Virus record (IMG/VR): IMGVR_UViG_3300033121_001301
Coordinates: 21,273-85,272 of that record
Direction: 5' to 3' (one strand)
DNA: 64,000 bases
Source: a virus
Taxonomy: Duplodnaviria > Caudoviricetes
Positions within the stretch are counted from its first letter, which is position 1. Every line of letters starts with the position of its first letter. The notes under the pieces were generated by a model, which had not been told where the DNA came from, searched no databases, and worked only from the letters and a program-made list of their open reading frames with translations. This document shows positions 44,509-54,600 of this stretch, one piece after another. The position numbers were made by a program, and so were the translations under genes.

Positions 44509-46253
44509 ATATTCCTCCAAATCGGATGCTCGTCGCTGGCAAATGCTTCGTCGTTATTTTCCTCTAATGTCCTTAAATAGGCAATGTGGAAAACAGTTGA
44601 GGTGGTGGCATTACCATTGGCACCGATGCTGATTGACCAGGTTACTCTAGCTACTCTGCCGACTAAATCTGTGTCGGTGGTGTTGATACTGTTCAGTACT
44701 GCTTCCACCATCGGGTCTGGAGCCGACTGAATAAGCACAGAAGAGCCTGGGCCAATGTCAAAGCGAAGATTGCAGGAAATGACAGCCTGCTTCATTTTGG
44801 TGGCTTCCTGTAAGTAGGTAGCCTTCGCTAAAGCATTTGCCAGTGTCTCGCAGGCTTGTCTCTTCTCAGCCATAGCTTCTGAGATAGCATCGTTTACAAA
44901 GCCACCAAGAGCTACAGCTACTCGCGGCCTGGGGTTAGCAGCTACAGGTATGTTGCCACTGAGTGGTGCAGTCAGACTGGAGAACCCCTGCATAAACAGA
45001 TCGTTGATCCAACCTGGTGCCTCAACGTACATGGTCATGCCGTTCTTGGATCCACTCACCGGGGATGGGGTGGGCTCGTAATAGCCAAGAACTCGTCTAT
45101 TAGTGATGACAGAGCCACCAGCTTGCTGCGCTGATCGCAAGCCAGTAGCTGAAGCATACCCGCCTATCACTGCCACAGCCTTAACGGGCCGACGCACCGT
45201 GCTGGTGTAGTTCAGCATCTCGAACTCATCAGTCGCTATTCTGGTGTACGTTCGATTGAGCCAGGGAGTGTAAGGAACAGTAAGAATCCTGTCCACCATG
45301 GGAATGACAGTAAACATGAACTGCGGAGCAATCCCACTCACCAGTCTGTCCCAGATGGTTTGCCCGAGAACATTGGTGTTGTAAACCGAATCAGTCATCA
45401 TGCTTCTGATCTTGAGTGCCAGCTGACCGCTTGCAGCTATGTCTCCTCGAAGACTTAATGGAGTCCCATACTCGTACATGTATGCATTGATTTCTTCATC
45501 AAAAAAGGGCTCGAAGTACGAGAGAGCTTTCTCCATCAAAACATTGACTCGGGGGAAGTCTCCAGCTGGCATTTGTGAGCCGGTGAAGTTGGCAATCTGC
45601 TGCCAGTTAAAGAGTCGTTCGCTGGCAGTGGCGTAGAGGAAGTTACGAATACCACCACCAAAACCATCATCCCAGGTGTCAGTTGTGATGACCTGTGGGC
45701 TGAAGTTAGCAATGGCCTTACTCAAAGCGGTACTGCCAACGATAACTCGATTAAGCCCTGTCCCTTGTACGGTGCTGGCATTGAATAAGAAATCGCCAGG
45801 GGTATTGGGGAACACGTCTTCACTGAAAGGACTGCTGAAATCGAGATCTGAAACCCAATGGGTCAATCGGATGATGGCACTTCGAGATCCCATCGAGACT
45901 GATGGCACCACGTCAGAAACCCAGCCCTCGAAAGCCGTGAACCAGTCTTCTGGCCACGTCTGGTTTGAGTAGCCAGATAGATCCAATCTTCTCACTCGCA
46001 ACCTGACGATAGCTCTGGATGGTAGCCTCATCAGTTTTTCTTTGAGGTGAAAGGGAGACAAGCCGAGCCAATTGTCAGGCAGCTCTCCGTCTCGACCAGT
46101 AGCGACTGACACCGTGCAGAAAGGTATGCCGTTCTCTTCGTGATTACCACGGATTTCTGAAATAGGCATATCTACCATTTCAGCAACACCGAGGTGCGCT
46201 CCCACGTAGACATACAGCTTTGCTTCAATGTGCAGCTTCTCGTAATTCATCAC
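44463..46253 (-). CDS. baseplate hub protein (gp27/gp44-like)
   Basis: Size, position after the tape measure, and the CNLRFDIGPGSSVLI...VGRVARVTWSI C-terminal barrel. Confidence 0.6.
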   Translation of the reverse strand: MMNYEKLHIEAKLYVYVGAHLGVAEMVDMPISEIRGNHEENGIPFCTVSVATGRDGELPDNWLGLSPFHLKEKLMRLPSRAIVRLRVRRLDLSGYSNQTWPEDWFTAFEGWVSDVVPSVSMGSRSAIIRLTHWVSDLDFSSPFSEDVFPNTPGDFLFNASTVQGTGLNRVIVGSTALSKAIANFSPQVITTDTWDDGFGGGIRNFLYATASERLFNWQQIANFTGSQMPAGDFPRVNVLMEKALSYFEPFFDEEINAYMYEYGTPLSLRGDIAASGQLALKIRSMMTDSVYNTNVLGQTIWDRLVSGIAPQFMFTVIPMVDRILTVPYTPWLNRTYTRIATDEFEMLNYTSTVRRPVKAVAVIGGYASATGLRSAQQAGGSVITNRRVLGYYEPTPSPVSGSKNGMTMYVEAPGWINDLFMQGFSSLTAPLSGNIPVAANPRPRVAVALGGFVNDAISEAMAEKRQACETLANALAKATYLQEATKMKQAVISCNLRFDIGPGSSVLIQSAPDPMVEAVLNSINTTDTDLVGRVARVTWSISIGANGNATTSTVFHIAYLRTLEENNDEAFASDEHPIWRNIWTGSPLIALPEFSQ

Positions 46254-46735
46254 GACAGGAGGCTCCTGCTTGCCTTTTCAGTTTGGCTAGAGACTTCGAC
46301 AATTACAGCTGCCAAACGGTTGTAAATTTTTTCCCTGGTGTCATTCCAGATGTTCTTTCTTCCAGCATCCAGGAAGAAAGAACTGGAGATCCATGACAGG
46401 GAATCCAACAGTTGAACAGTGTCTATACCTATCTCGGTTGAAGCTGACGGTTCGATAGCCAGCTCATGCACGTCGTCTGTTACTCTCGGATCGACCTCTT
46501 CCAGTGTCGTTGAAAGCTCAGACATGCGAATGATGGTCAGATACCGAAAGCCCAGCTTAAACTTCTCTTCTCTTGAAAGGAAGTTGCTGAACAGGTTGTT
46601 CCTGGCTCGTATTAAACCCAACCCCATGTTGGTCGTTGGAACTGGTACGAAGCCAGGTTCAATGAATATCTCATTGGCTAAAGCACCAGAAGCTGGTGCT
46701 ACGTTCATGAGCCAGGTAAAGATGTGATTGACCAT
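46250..46735 (-). CDS. hypothetical tail/baseplate protein
   Basis: In the operon with an overlapping start/stop. Confidence 0.55.
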   Translation of the reverse strand: MVNHIFTWLMNVAPASGALANEIFIEPGFVPVPTTNMGLGLIRARNNLFSNFLSREEKFKLGFRYLTIIRMSELSTTLEEVDPRVTDDVHELAIEPSASTEIGIDTVQLLDSLSWISSSFFLDAGRKNIWNDTREKIYNRLAAVIVEVSSQTEKASRSLLS

Positions 46736-46741
46736 TGGTAC

Positions 46742-47413
46742 CTATGGTAGAAACAAACCGCTGGTGGAAGCCGAGGCGAGGCCAGGTGAATCGCCTGGGG
46801 ATCCACCTGGAAAACTGTCAGGGGGCTCAGGGAAACTTCCGGTATTACCAAAATCACCAGGTGGTGGTGTCTGATCGTTTTGTAGATACAAGCTGGTAAA
46901 AGCATCGTAAGCAGTTATCCCCTGGATAGGGTAAGCAAACTGCAGAGCAAATTGCCCCAGTGGGTTTTGAGCGTCTGGAGCACGTAGCTTCATTCCCAGG
47001 AGAAATGCCTGATACACCACTGGGTACATCAGCCCGCCAAGAAGAATGGGGACGCAGAAAGGTCTTCGACTGGCTTTGTGCTGACGGTAGTAGTAGTGCA
47101 GCATTTCCCAACCGGTGTACAGTGGCTTCCCATTCTCACCGAAAGCTGAATCGCAGGTAGCATGAGCAAACACGCCAGTGATGGATAAAAACCCAGGTTG
47201 ATCACCAAATACGTTGATGTACATTCGATTGTTGAACATCTGCTTCAGTTCGATGATGGCGTTTTCAGACTCATCAAAAGAAGTAGCTACTGCCATTCGA
47301 TAAGAGAAGTCGAAAGTCTCACCTGGACCAAACTCGTCATACAGGTAAAAGGACATGATCTTTGCCTCGCTGGGCAATCTCACGACCATTCCACCACTAC
47401 TGAAGAAGTTCAT
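46742..47413 (-). CDS. tail-tube-like baseplate tube initiator
   Basis: Directly after the tape measure stop (start MNFFSS at 47413); strand pattern resembles the tube protein 55259..55921. Confidence 0.5.
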   Translation of the reverse strand: MNFFSSGGMVVRLPSEAKIMSFYLYDEFGPGETFDFSYRMAVATSFDESENAIIELKQMFNNRMYINVFGDQPGFLSITGVFAHATCDSAFGENGKPLYTGWEMLHYYYRQHKASRRPFCVPILLGGLMYPVVYQAFLLGMKLRAPDAQNPLGQFALQFAYPIQGITAYDAFTSLYLQNDQTPPPGDFGNTGSFPEPPDSFPGGSPGDSPGLASASTSGLFLP

Positions 47414-47414
47414 A

Positions 47415-49811
47415 TTAGTTCTTTCCTGCAGCTGGGCCTTCAGCTCGGCTGGAACCTGCAACAGCAGCAGTACTTCCATCCTTGCTTATGACGAGAGTGC
47501 CAGAGATCTTGATTTCTTGTGGTGTTCCAGCTGTTGCACCTTTAGCTGCTCCACCACCTCCACCAAACATGGAGGCAGCAGCTCCGAATTTGTGACCGAG
47601 GGCACCGAAAGCCCCACCACCAATGACCTGGGCTGCAGCTGAGACCTGTTTGTCGCTATCCTCCATAGTCTTACCAAGATCAATACCGTTGGCAGCAAAG
47701 GTGTCTCTTGCCATTGAGAACATGTCTCGAAGCTTGTCGATGTCAGCTTGAGTGCCACCGTTACTCTTAATGGCACCCATGAGGCGTTGCATTTCAGAAC
47801 CAAGGGTTCCACCGGCAACACCGGTAGCCAAAGCTTTCTTGACCTTCTCTGGATCAACCTTGCCCAGTACAGCTGAGAACATCGAAGCAAAGTCTTCTTT
47901 TGGATCAAGGTTAAGGAACTTGTCGGTCAGTCGCTGAGCAAACGAGTATCGACCCAGGTCACCCATGGCTTGGGAGATACCGGCATTTACGCGAGATGCG
48001 GTATTTCTACCCTCTTGTTCCTTGAACATCTGTGGGCTGAAGAGCTGGGCAGCTTGATTGAACTCCATTCCGGAGGCACTTTCCATTGAGCCTTGAATGG
48101 TAGCAAAGATGCCAGCACCCTTGCCTTTGATTCGATTCTTGATGTCAGCGATGTTTCCACCACCATTGGCTGCGATAGTCTCTGCAGCAAGAGCTTCGAT
48201 CTCAGCGGCTCTAGCTCCGTCGCTCATGCCAGCAAATCTACCAGCCTGGCTCATCACCTTGTCAATCAGGCTTCGACCTGAATTCATACCTACGCCGCCA
48301 TCCAGATTGAGAATGGAAGCCAGTTGCTGTCCAACGACACCACCAGCATCTCTGGTGATTTCGGACAACTGCATCCTTCTAACTGCCGGTGCCATAGCAC
48401 TAGCGTACTGCTTACCAACATTAGGATTCATGATGGCAGCATTGTAATTGCTGATGTCGCCACCACCTTTGACGTACATATCTCGGAACTCACCACTTTG
48501 AAGAGTAGCAAGGATGTCTTTTCCATTGAAAGTGGACTGACCCGACTTCAGTGCTTTCATCATGTCGGCAAACTCACCAGTCAGACCTGGTGAAGAAGCG
48601 TCCAAGTAGGCTGCAATGCCAGCCATCTGCCCAGCTGGGCTAGCCATAGCTCTGGCTTCTAATCCAGCAGCTGCTGATGCCAGAGTACGTGGATCCATCT
48701 TTCCGTAGAACGAGCTGGAGAAGACATTAGCAGAACCAGCAGCATAGTTTGCAGCTCTCATAGTCAGCGCCATCGCATCTCTTGGGTCTTGCCCAAGACT
48801 GGCGAGCATGGCCTGGTTATTCGTCACCATGCGAGAGATCTCAGGCATGCTGATTTTGCCAGTAGACATCGTCTGCTGCAGCTGCCTGAACATGTTCTCA
48901 ACAGTGGAGCCAGAGTGCTTGTACTCCATGCCGCCACCGAGCACGTCGAGGGCATTCAGAAGCTCAGGGATGGGTGCGTTGGGCTTTCCATTGGCTCCGA
49001 ACAAGTCTCCGATCGCTGTGATGACTCGGGTGAAATCTTTCACCTGATTAGCCATCTTCTGAGTCTTACTGGAATCCAGAGTGGGACTCAGCCCACCAGC
49101 AGCCATAACTCCTCCCAGCACACCGGTGAGACCACCAGAACCGGAGTCCAAGAAGGGATTGTCTCCTACCAACCCTCGTCCCAGCATTTCATTAAACATG
49201 ATGCCAGCACGACCGGCACCTATTCCACGCATTTGAGCTGTAGCTGCGTCTGATCCGTAAAGCTGGTTGTAGAACTGACCACTCAGTTGGCCTATTTCGT
49301 TACCAGTTGCCCCGAGTCGCCCACTTCCTTGATTGAAGAAGAATCTACCAGCGTTAGCCATTTGACTGGCCATAACGACCTGGCTACCTCTTGGACCCAT
49401 TGCTGTGTCGATCGCTTCAGGCATGAACATGGAAAGCATAGGCAACATGTCGCCTATCCAATTGGCTGCTTTCCCAGCTCTACCCTCGAGTTCTTTAGTC
49501 CAAGGCACATTGGAAGCATTGGCGATACTTCGCTGATACTGAATCAGGGTGTTAACATCACCCCTGGAAGCCTGCTGCATCGCGATCGTCTGACCCTGAA
49601 ACTGCTGAATCCTCTGATACTGTGTCCAAAGATCTGTCGTTGGTGTAAACGAGAAGTTAGCCATGCCTGGTGGCATGAGACCAGATGCCTGCAGCCCCAT
49701 CATGGCTAATGGGCCATAAGCCCCCAGTTCCGGTGGGAAGGGGCTGGGGAAAGGCGACATCCCAGGCAAGCCAGGGGTTTGGTAACCGAAACCCCCTGGA
49801 AAATCAGGCAT
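47415..49811 (-). CDS. tail tape measure protein
   Basis: 798 aa, G/A/M/Q-rich and helical; after the chaperones and before the hub. Confidence 0.72.
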   Translation of the reverse strand: MPDFPGGFGYQTPGLPGMSPFPSPFPPELGAYGPLAMMGLQASGLMPPGMANFSFTPTTDLWTQYQRIQQFQGQTIAMQQASRGDVNTLIQYQRSIANASNVPWTKELEGRAGKAANWIGDMLPMLSMFMPEAIDTAMGPRGSQVVMASQMANAGRFFFNQGSGRLGATGNEIGQLSGQFYNQLYGSDAATAQMRGIGAGRAGIMFNEMLGRGLVGDNPFLDSGSGGLTGVLGGVMAAGGLSPTLDSSKTQKMANQVKDFTRVITAIGDLFGANGKPNAPIPELLNALDVLGGGMEYKHSGSTVENMFRQLQQTMSTGKISMPEISRMVTNNQAMLASLGQDPRDAMALTMRAANYAAGSANVFSSSFYGKMDPRTLASAAAGLEARAMASPAGQMAGIAAYLDASSPGLTGEFADMMKALKSGQSTFNGKDILATLQSGEFRDMYVKGGGDISNYNAAIMNPNVGKQYASAMAPAVRRMQLSEITRDAGGVVGQQLASILNLDGGVGMNSGRSLIDKVMSQAGRFAGMSDGARAAEIEALAAETIAANGGGNIADIKNRIKGKGAGIFATIQGSMESASGMEFNQAAQLFSPQMFKEQEGRNTASRVNAGISQAMGDLGRYSFAQRLTDKFLNLDPKEDFASMFSAVLGKVDPEKVKKALATGVAGGTLGSEMQRLMGAIKSNGGTQADIDKLRDMFSMARDTFAANGIDLGKTMEDSDKQVSAAAQVIGGGAFGALGHKFGAAASMFGGGGGAAKGATAGTPQEIKISGTLVISKDGSTAAVAGSSRAEGPAAGKN

Positions 49812-50386
49812 TACTTTTTACCTCGTTTGGGTCTAGTTACCGGAGCTGGTGCGTTCTTTTTCTTCTCGGCTTCGCTCTGAGCGATCATCGATAGTAATAT
49901 GTTCTGGGTGTTTTTAATAGCCGTCTCAGTCGCGTCTGAGCCACGCTGACCGAAGATACTCTGCCAAGCGTTGACAGAAGCGTCTACTCCAGCTGTCTTG
50001 GCCTTTTCAGCTCTTTCAGCGGCTTCCTTGTTTACCTCCTCGATGCTCTTTCCTGTTTGCTTGACAATCACTGCGGTTTCAAAAGCAGCGAACTTCTCTG
50101 ACATTTCTTTCGCTTGTGCGAAGGGCTTTTCTCCAATGAACGAAGTAACAGCCTGCGCAAGCAACATAATTCCAGCAGCCTGGAATCTCTGATAAGTAGC
50201 TATCTCATCGGTGTTAGCTTTTTCTTCAGCCTCTTCTCGTTGCAGTTGTTCGACAGCTATTGAAAGAGCGTTATACCACTGAGAGCTTGAATACCTGGGA
50301 ACCTTTAGATCAAACTTGCCAGTCATGGCAAGTTTGAGCAGTGGCTTCGTTAACGGCTCCCTTTGTAAAAACTTTGGTCTCTCCAA
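49811..50386 (-). CDS. tail assembly chaperone-like protein (downstream, GT-type position)
   Basis: Helical, directly before the tape measure; overlaps the upstream gene in the -1 frame. Confidence 0.5.
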   Translation of the reverse strand: MERPKFLQREPLTKPLLKLAMTGKFDLKVPRYSSSQWYNALSIAVEQLQREEAEEKANTDEIATYQRFQAAGIMLLAQAVTSFIGEKPFAQAKEMSEKFAAFETAVIVKQTGKSIEEVNKEAAERAEKAKTAGVDASVNAWQSIFGQRGSDATETAIKNTQNILLSMIAQSEAEKKKNAPAPVTRPKRGKK

Positions 50387-51615
50387 AGCTTTTGAACAAG
50401 GTCTTCGAACTCGAGCCAGAGATTGGAAACACCGAGCTTCATTGTCTCGACAGGCAGCACAGTGGTTTGAATGTAATTCGTCAGCTCAGTTAAAGCTTTC
50501 TCTGCGTCACCTCCGTACTGGAGGATCCAGCTTTCCAGCGGTGGTATCTCAACAGAGAAACCTGGTCGAGATACTTTCTCCAGGCCGCAATGGAATCGAC
50601 GCAATTGAATTCGATTCAACGAAAACCATTGTGTGGCTTCAGTAACATGCGCGTTGGCAAACTGCATCACTCTGCCTTGTTCGCAGTTGTAGATGGTTTC
50701 ACCCTCGGTGGTGAGCTCTCTGAAAGTGAGCTTTATCTGATTCTGGAACAAGCTGTAGTCTTTGCGGAACCTTCCGTCACCACCTTGTGCAGCGGAAGCG
50801 ATAGAAATGATTCGGCTATCGATGTCAGACTGCGTTGGGGTAGCTGGGTATTCTTTATTGTTGTCCCAGCTGCACTTCTTGCAGATGTGTGCCACAGCTT
50901 CAATCACCGGGGCTTCCTTCTTCTCCACTGGAGGTGGTGCTGGAGGAAGCGGAGCAGCTGGTTGATCCAACTGAGTGAAGAAACCAGCGTGGCTATCGGG
51001 AAGAGATTGTGGAATTGGAAAAGGTGCATCTGGCTTGTCTAAATGCGAGAAGAAACCAGCGTGACCAGCAGCAGGAACAGGTTGCGGCGCTGGGGTAGGT
51101 GTGGGAGCTGCTGTAGTAGGTCGAGCCACTGGAGGTGCTACTTTCTTTTCCGCAGGTTTGGCTGAATCGATTATGGTGATGTTGTCCTGATTCCAACGAT
51201 TTAACATCTCGTTGAATTCCTGCTTTTGCTCAGAAGTAGCATTCTCCAGATTGACACTTTTGAGAGTGTTGATGTCCAGATTGTGCTTGGACATAGCTTC
51301 TAGCTGGCTGGCTTCATCTGTGTGGTAGCCTTTCGACTGCAGGAACTTAGCCACGTCTTCTGGAACTTCTTCCAAAGAGATGTTGGCCTTGTTCAAAGCC
51401 TCGATCTCTTCTGGTCGAGCTTTGCCAAGCAGATTCATCTTTCCAGCTGGGTTGTGCTTCCTCACGGCACCGAGAGCCATCGTGAAGAAGTTGCGGTGCT
51501 GCTCAGGGATGTTCTGCAGCTCTTCTGCTGACACAGCCCCTTCAGATATCTTCTTCAAAAGATGCTGATGCTCTTCGGCGCTCAGCACGGCTGGATCTGG
51601 TTTCTGACTAGTCAT
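50350..51615 (-). CDS. tail assembly chaperone-like protein with long disordered N-terminal half
   Basis: C-terminal FRKDYSLF..IKLTFRELT.. domain; two genes upstream of the tape measure. Confidence 0.5.
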   Translation of the reverse strand: MTSQKPDPAVLSAEEHQHLLKKISEGAVSAEELQNIPEQHRNFFTMALGAVRKHNPAGKMNLLGKARPEEIEALNKANISLEEVPEDVAKFLQSKGYHTDEASQLEAMSKHNLDINTLKSVNLENATSEQKQEFNEMLNRWNQDNITIIDSAKPAEKKVAPPVARPTTAAPTPTPAPQPVPAAGHAGFFSHLDKPDAPFPIPQSLPDSHAGFFTQLDQPAAPLPPAPPPVEKKEAPVIEAVAHICKKCSWDNNKEYPATPTQSDIDSRIISIASAAQGGDGRFRKDYSLFQNQIKLTFRELTTEGETIYNCEQGRVMQFANAHVTEATQWFSLNRIQLRRFHCGLEKVSRPGFSVEIPPLESWILQYGGDAEKALTELTNYIQTTVLPVETMKLGVSNLWLEFEDLVQKLWRDQSFYKGSR

Positions 51616-51629
51616 CTATCGCTCCTAGA

Positions 51630-54600
51630 TTACTGGGCCATATCTTCAGGGTTCAACACATCAACCGCAACGGTATGTGACAGTCGCCACTTCTTACCAG
51701 GTTTTAGTTTAGGATCTTCGTAGACCGTTAACGAGTCTTCGCTCTCTGGGTCAGCAGAAGTAGCCCTATCCAGAGCTCTCCAATTCTCAGTATCAGTGAG
51801 GAAAAGCTCGAACACTCCATAGCAGTTCTTTATCTCTTCTGGTTCTTCTTCCTCTTTTTCCTCATCCTTGATGTAATCAGCACCTGGGTAGACTGCTACC
51901 TTTTCCACGTTGGCATACAGAACTTCCATTGGCTTCTCTTGCCAGTAAGTCAGGCCAGATGGTAGACCTGGGAAAGACTCATTGTCACCCATCTCTCCGG
52001 AGTTGATAACTCGCACCTGATGCTGCCACCAGTTCTCCATGATGAAGTATTCTTCCTGGGTGCCGTACTGCTCCTCAGTTCGATAGGAGAAGTCGAGCCA
52101 CTCGCCGGTGGGGTCACGAAGTGCCATTCTCGCCTGCTCAGCCATAATGGGGGGAAGTAGCTGGAAGCAGCGAGTGTCAGCCTCATTGAAAGCTGCTACC
52201 GCATCTGCACGTTGAGCTCCCATCTGACCATTTGCAGACTTGAAAGCGAAGTTACCAGCAGCCTCTTCAAAAAAGAAGCTCTTTCCACGAATGTAGACGC
52301 AGCCACCAACTGTCAATTCCTTGTTGACGTTTAGCGAACCACAGATCGTGAAACGCTTCTGCTGGATCTCATTGACTGACACCACCTCGTAGCAGTTGAT
52401 GGTCTCAGCTAGATCTTCGTCTTCTTCAGTGCAGGTATTGATGGTAGAAAGATCTGCCTCGCCAGCCGCTGCCAGCACATTGGGTGGAAGATCCTGGACC
52501 ACCAGCTCTTCTGGGTTATCTTCCTCGGTGGTTGGTTCTTTAGCCTTTAAGAACACCTGATAGATCGCACCTGTTTCATCGTCTTCAGAAACTGCTGGTT
52601 CGTCAGTACCGAAGTCGTTCTTCGGTGTGATGAAGTGAACGATGTGAGAAGAGAAGGTATCAATCTGCCCCATCTCTGCAATGATGCGGAATTTACCTGG
52701 CTTCCAAGTCCACTCCCGTTCTTCCAGTTCACCAGTCTCTGGATCAACTTCTACTGGCTCAAATCCATCCCCTTCTTCTCCGTCTCCAGACTCCTCGCGA
52801 TAAAGCTTTTGACCGACTTTAATCGTAGCAATAGCGCTAGTGGTGGTAATTTGCGACCGTCTGGCCTTAAACACAATGCCAGAGCCAACGACATCCTCAC
52901 CAAGATTGAATGTAGGGCCAGCTGGACCGTCTGGCTCAGGGTCTGGGTTCGGATCGGGGTTTGGATTTGGGTCAGGATCTGGTAGCGGATCTTCAATCGG
53001 AAAATCTCCCCCATCATTAGCTGCTGCAACGACAAGCTTGTCTCCGATTGGTTCTTCTGGGTCCACCCCCGGCTCATCAATAGGCGGCAGAGGGTCGTCG
53101 GGATTCTCTTCCTCTGCCGGATAGATGGTGTTTTCATATTTCTCGTCCAGAACGCATTCAGAGAATGATTGAAACAGCATGACACCTTTGCCACCAACAG
53201 CGGAAGCAACCATGATGTTCTTGTCGGCTGACAACCTGATATCGGTTTCAGTCGAGCTGATATCAATTGAATTCCTGGCCTTGAGGATAGTATCGTGCCC
53301 AGCCATCATCGCTAGGTTTCTACCTGGCATCAGTGAAATGTCACCTGGAGCAACAAGCTTCATGCTGCCATTCTCTGTTTTGATCTCGCAACCACAGCCT
53401 GATCGCATGACGAACGAGCCGTCTTTTCTCAATCCAAAAAAGGAAGTATTGAGATAGATGTCGACAGTACCGTAGCGGTGATCAACCTTGATCTTCACCT
53501 TCTTAGGGTAAGAGTTATCGCCTTGTTGCCCCATGTACTGGTACTGACCCAGATCTTCGTAGGGTGGGCTTTCGTATTCTTCGAACTCAGTCAGCTCAGA
53601 CTCTTCAGGAAGAAAGAAGTCCTTTTCGTGGTAGGCATACGGGTGCAGCGCTTCCCAATTCAGCATGTAGTGGATTTCATCATCGATCGCAGCCATTCGT
53701 TTGATTTCATCTGGTGCTGATATGGTCTCAGGGCCAGCTGTGGTTGGTACACCTCCGTCTTGCTCAGCTTCAACAGGGATGTCACCAACAACGAAATGAG
53801 TAACCAGATCGATATCTTCGATCTTAGCCATGCCACAGGCATCGTAGTTCTTCGAGTATCTCCAGGTAAAAGCACTGTTATCACCAAGAGGTGATTCAGC
53901 CAGTTCTTTTCGCTTAGGGGTGACTTGTGGTGGTCTTTGAACAACGAAGAAGCCGCCACTGGTGCAGTTAACAATGGAGCCAGCCAGAGACATTTGCTGA
54001 CTGGCCATGGTGAGCCAGGGGATGTCTTCATTGAAAGTGGTAACCAGATCTGGGTTGTCTTTGACCTTTTCACCGGGGGTGATGATCATCTTTCGGCCAC
54101 CCTGTCCCAGATAGCCTGAGTAAGAAACCACCCGGTGAAAGGGTTGCTGATCCCAAGTCAAAGGTTGAATAAAGCCACTCTTGATGCCTTCCAGTTCTCG
54201 ATTGAATTGCCCAGAAGAGGCTGCTGACTTCTCTTCTTCTGACGTAGCTTCATTAGCACTTTCAGCTTCGCCGTCTTCTGGTGGATCTTCCTCGGGTGGA
54301 ACTTCCTCTGGTGGAGCTTCTTCCGGTGGAGCCTCCTCGGGCACAGTAAAGTCCAAAGCAGGATCAAGGATGAATAAGGAAGTCTCAACGCCTGGAGCAT
54401 AGGCTCCCATCGCTTCCCAAGGGTAAGGTGTTGAGCCACTGTAACCGTTGAGTTCACCCTCATCATTCAACCAGTTAGTCTCATTTCCATGCCCCCAGAT
54501 CTGCAGGTTTCTTCCAGTAATTCGCAGCATGCTGTCGTCGTAGAAACCGAACACACCGGTAACTTCATCGACTTTCATCGCGATCATGGAGTCGTCGTGG

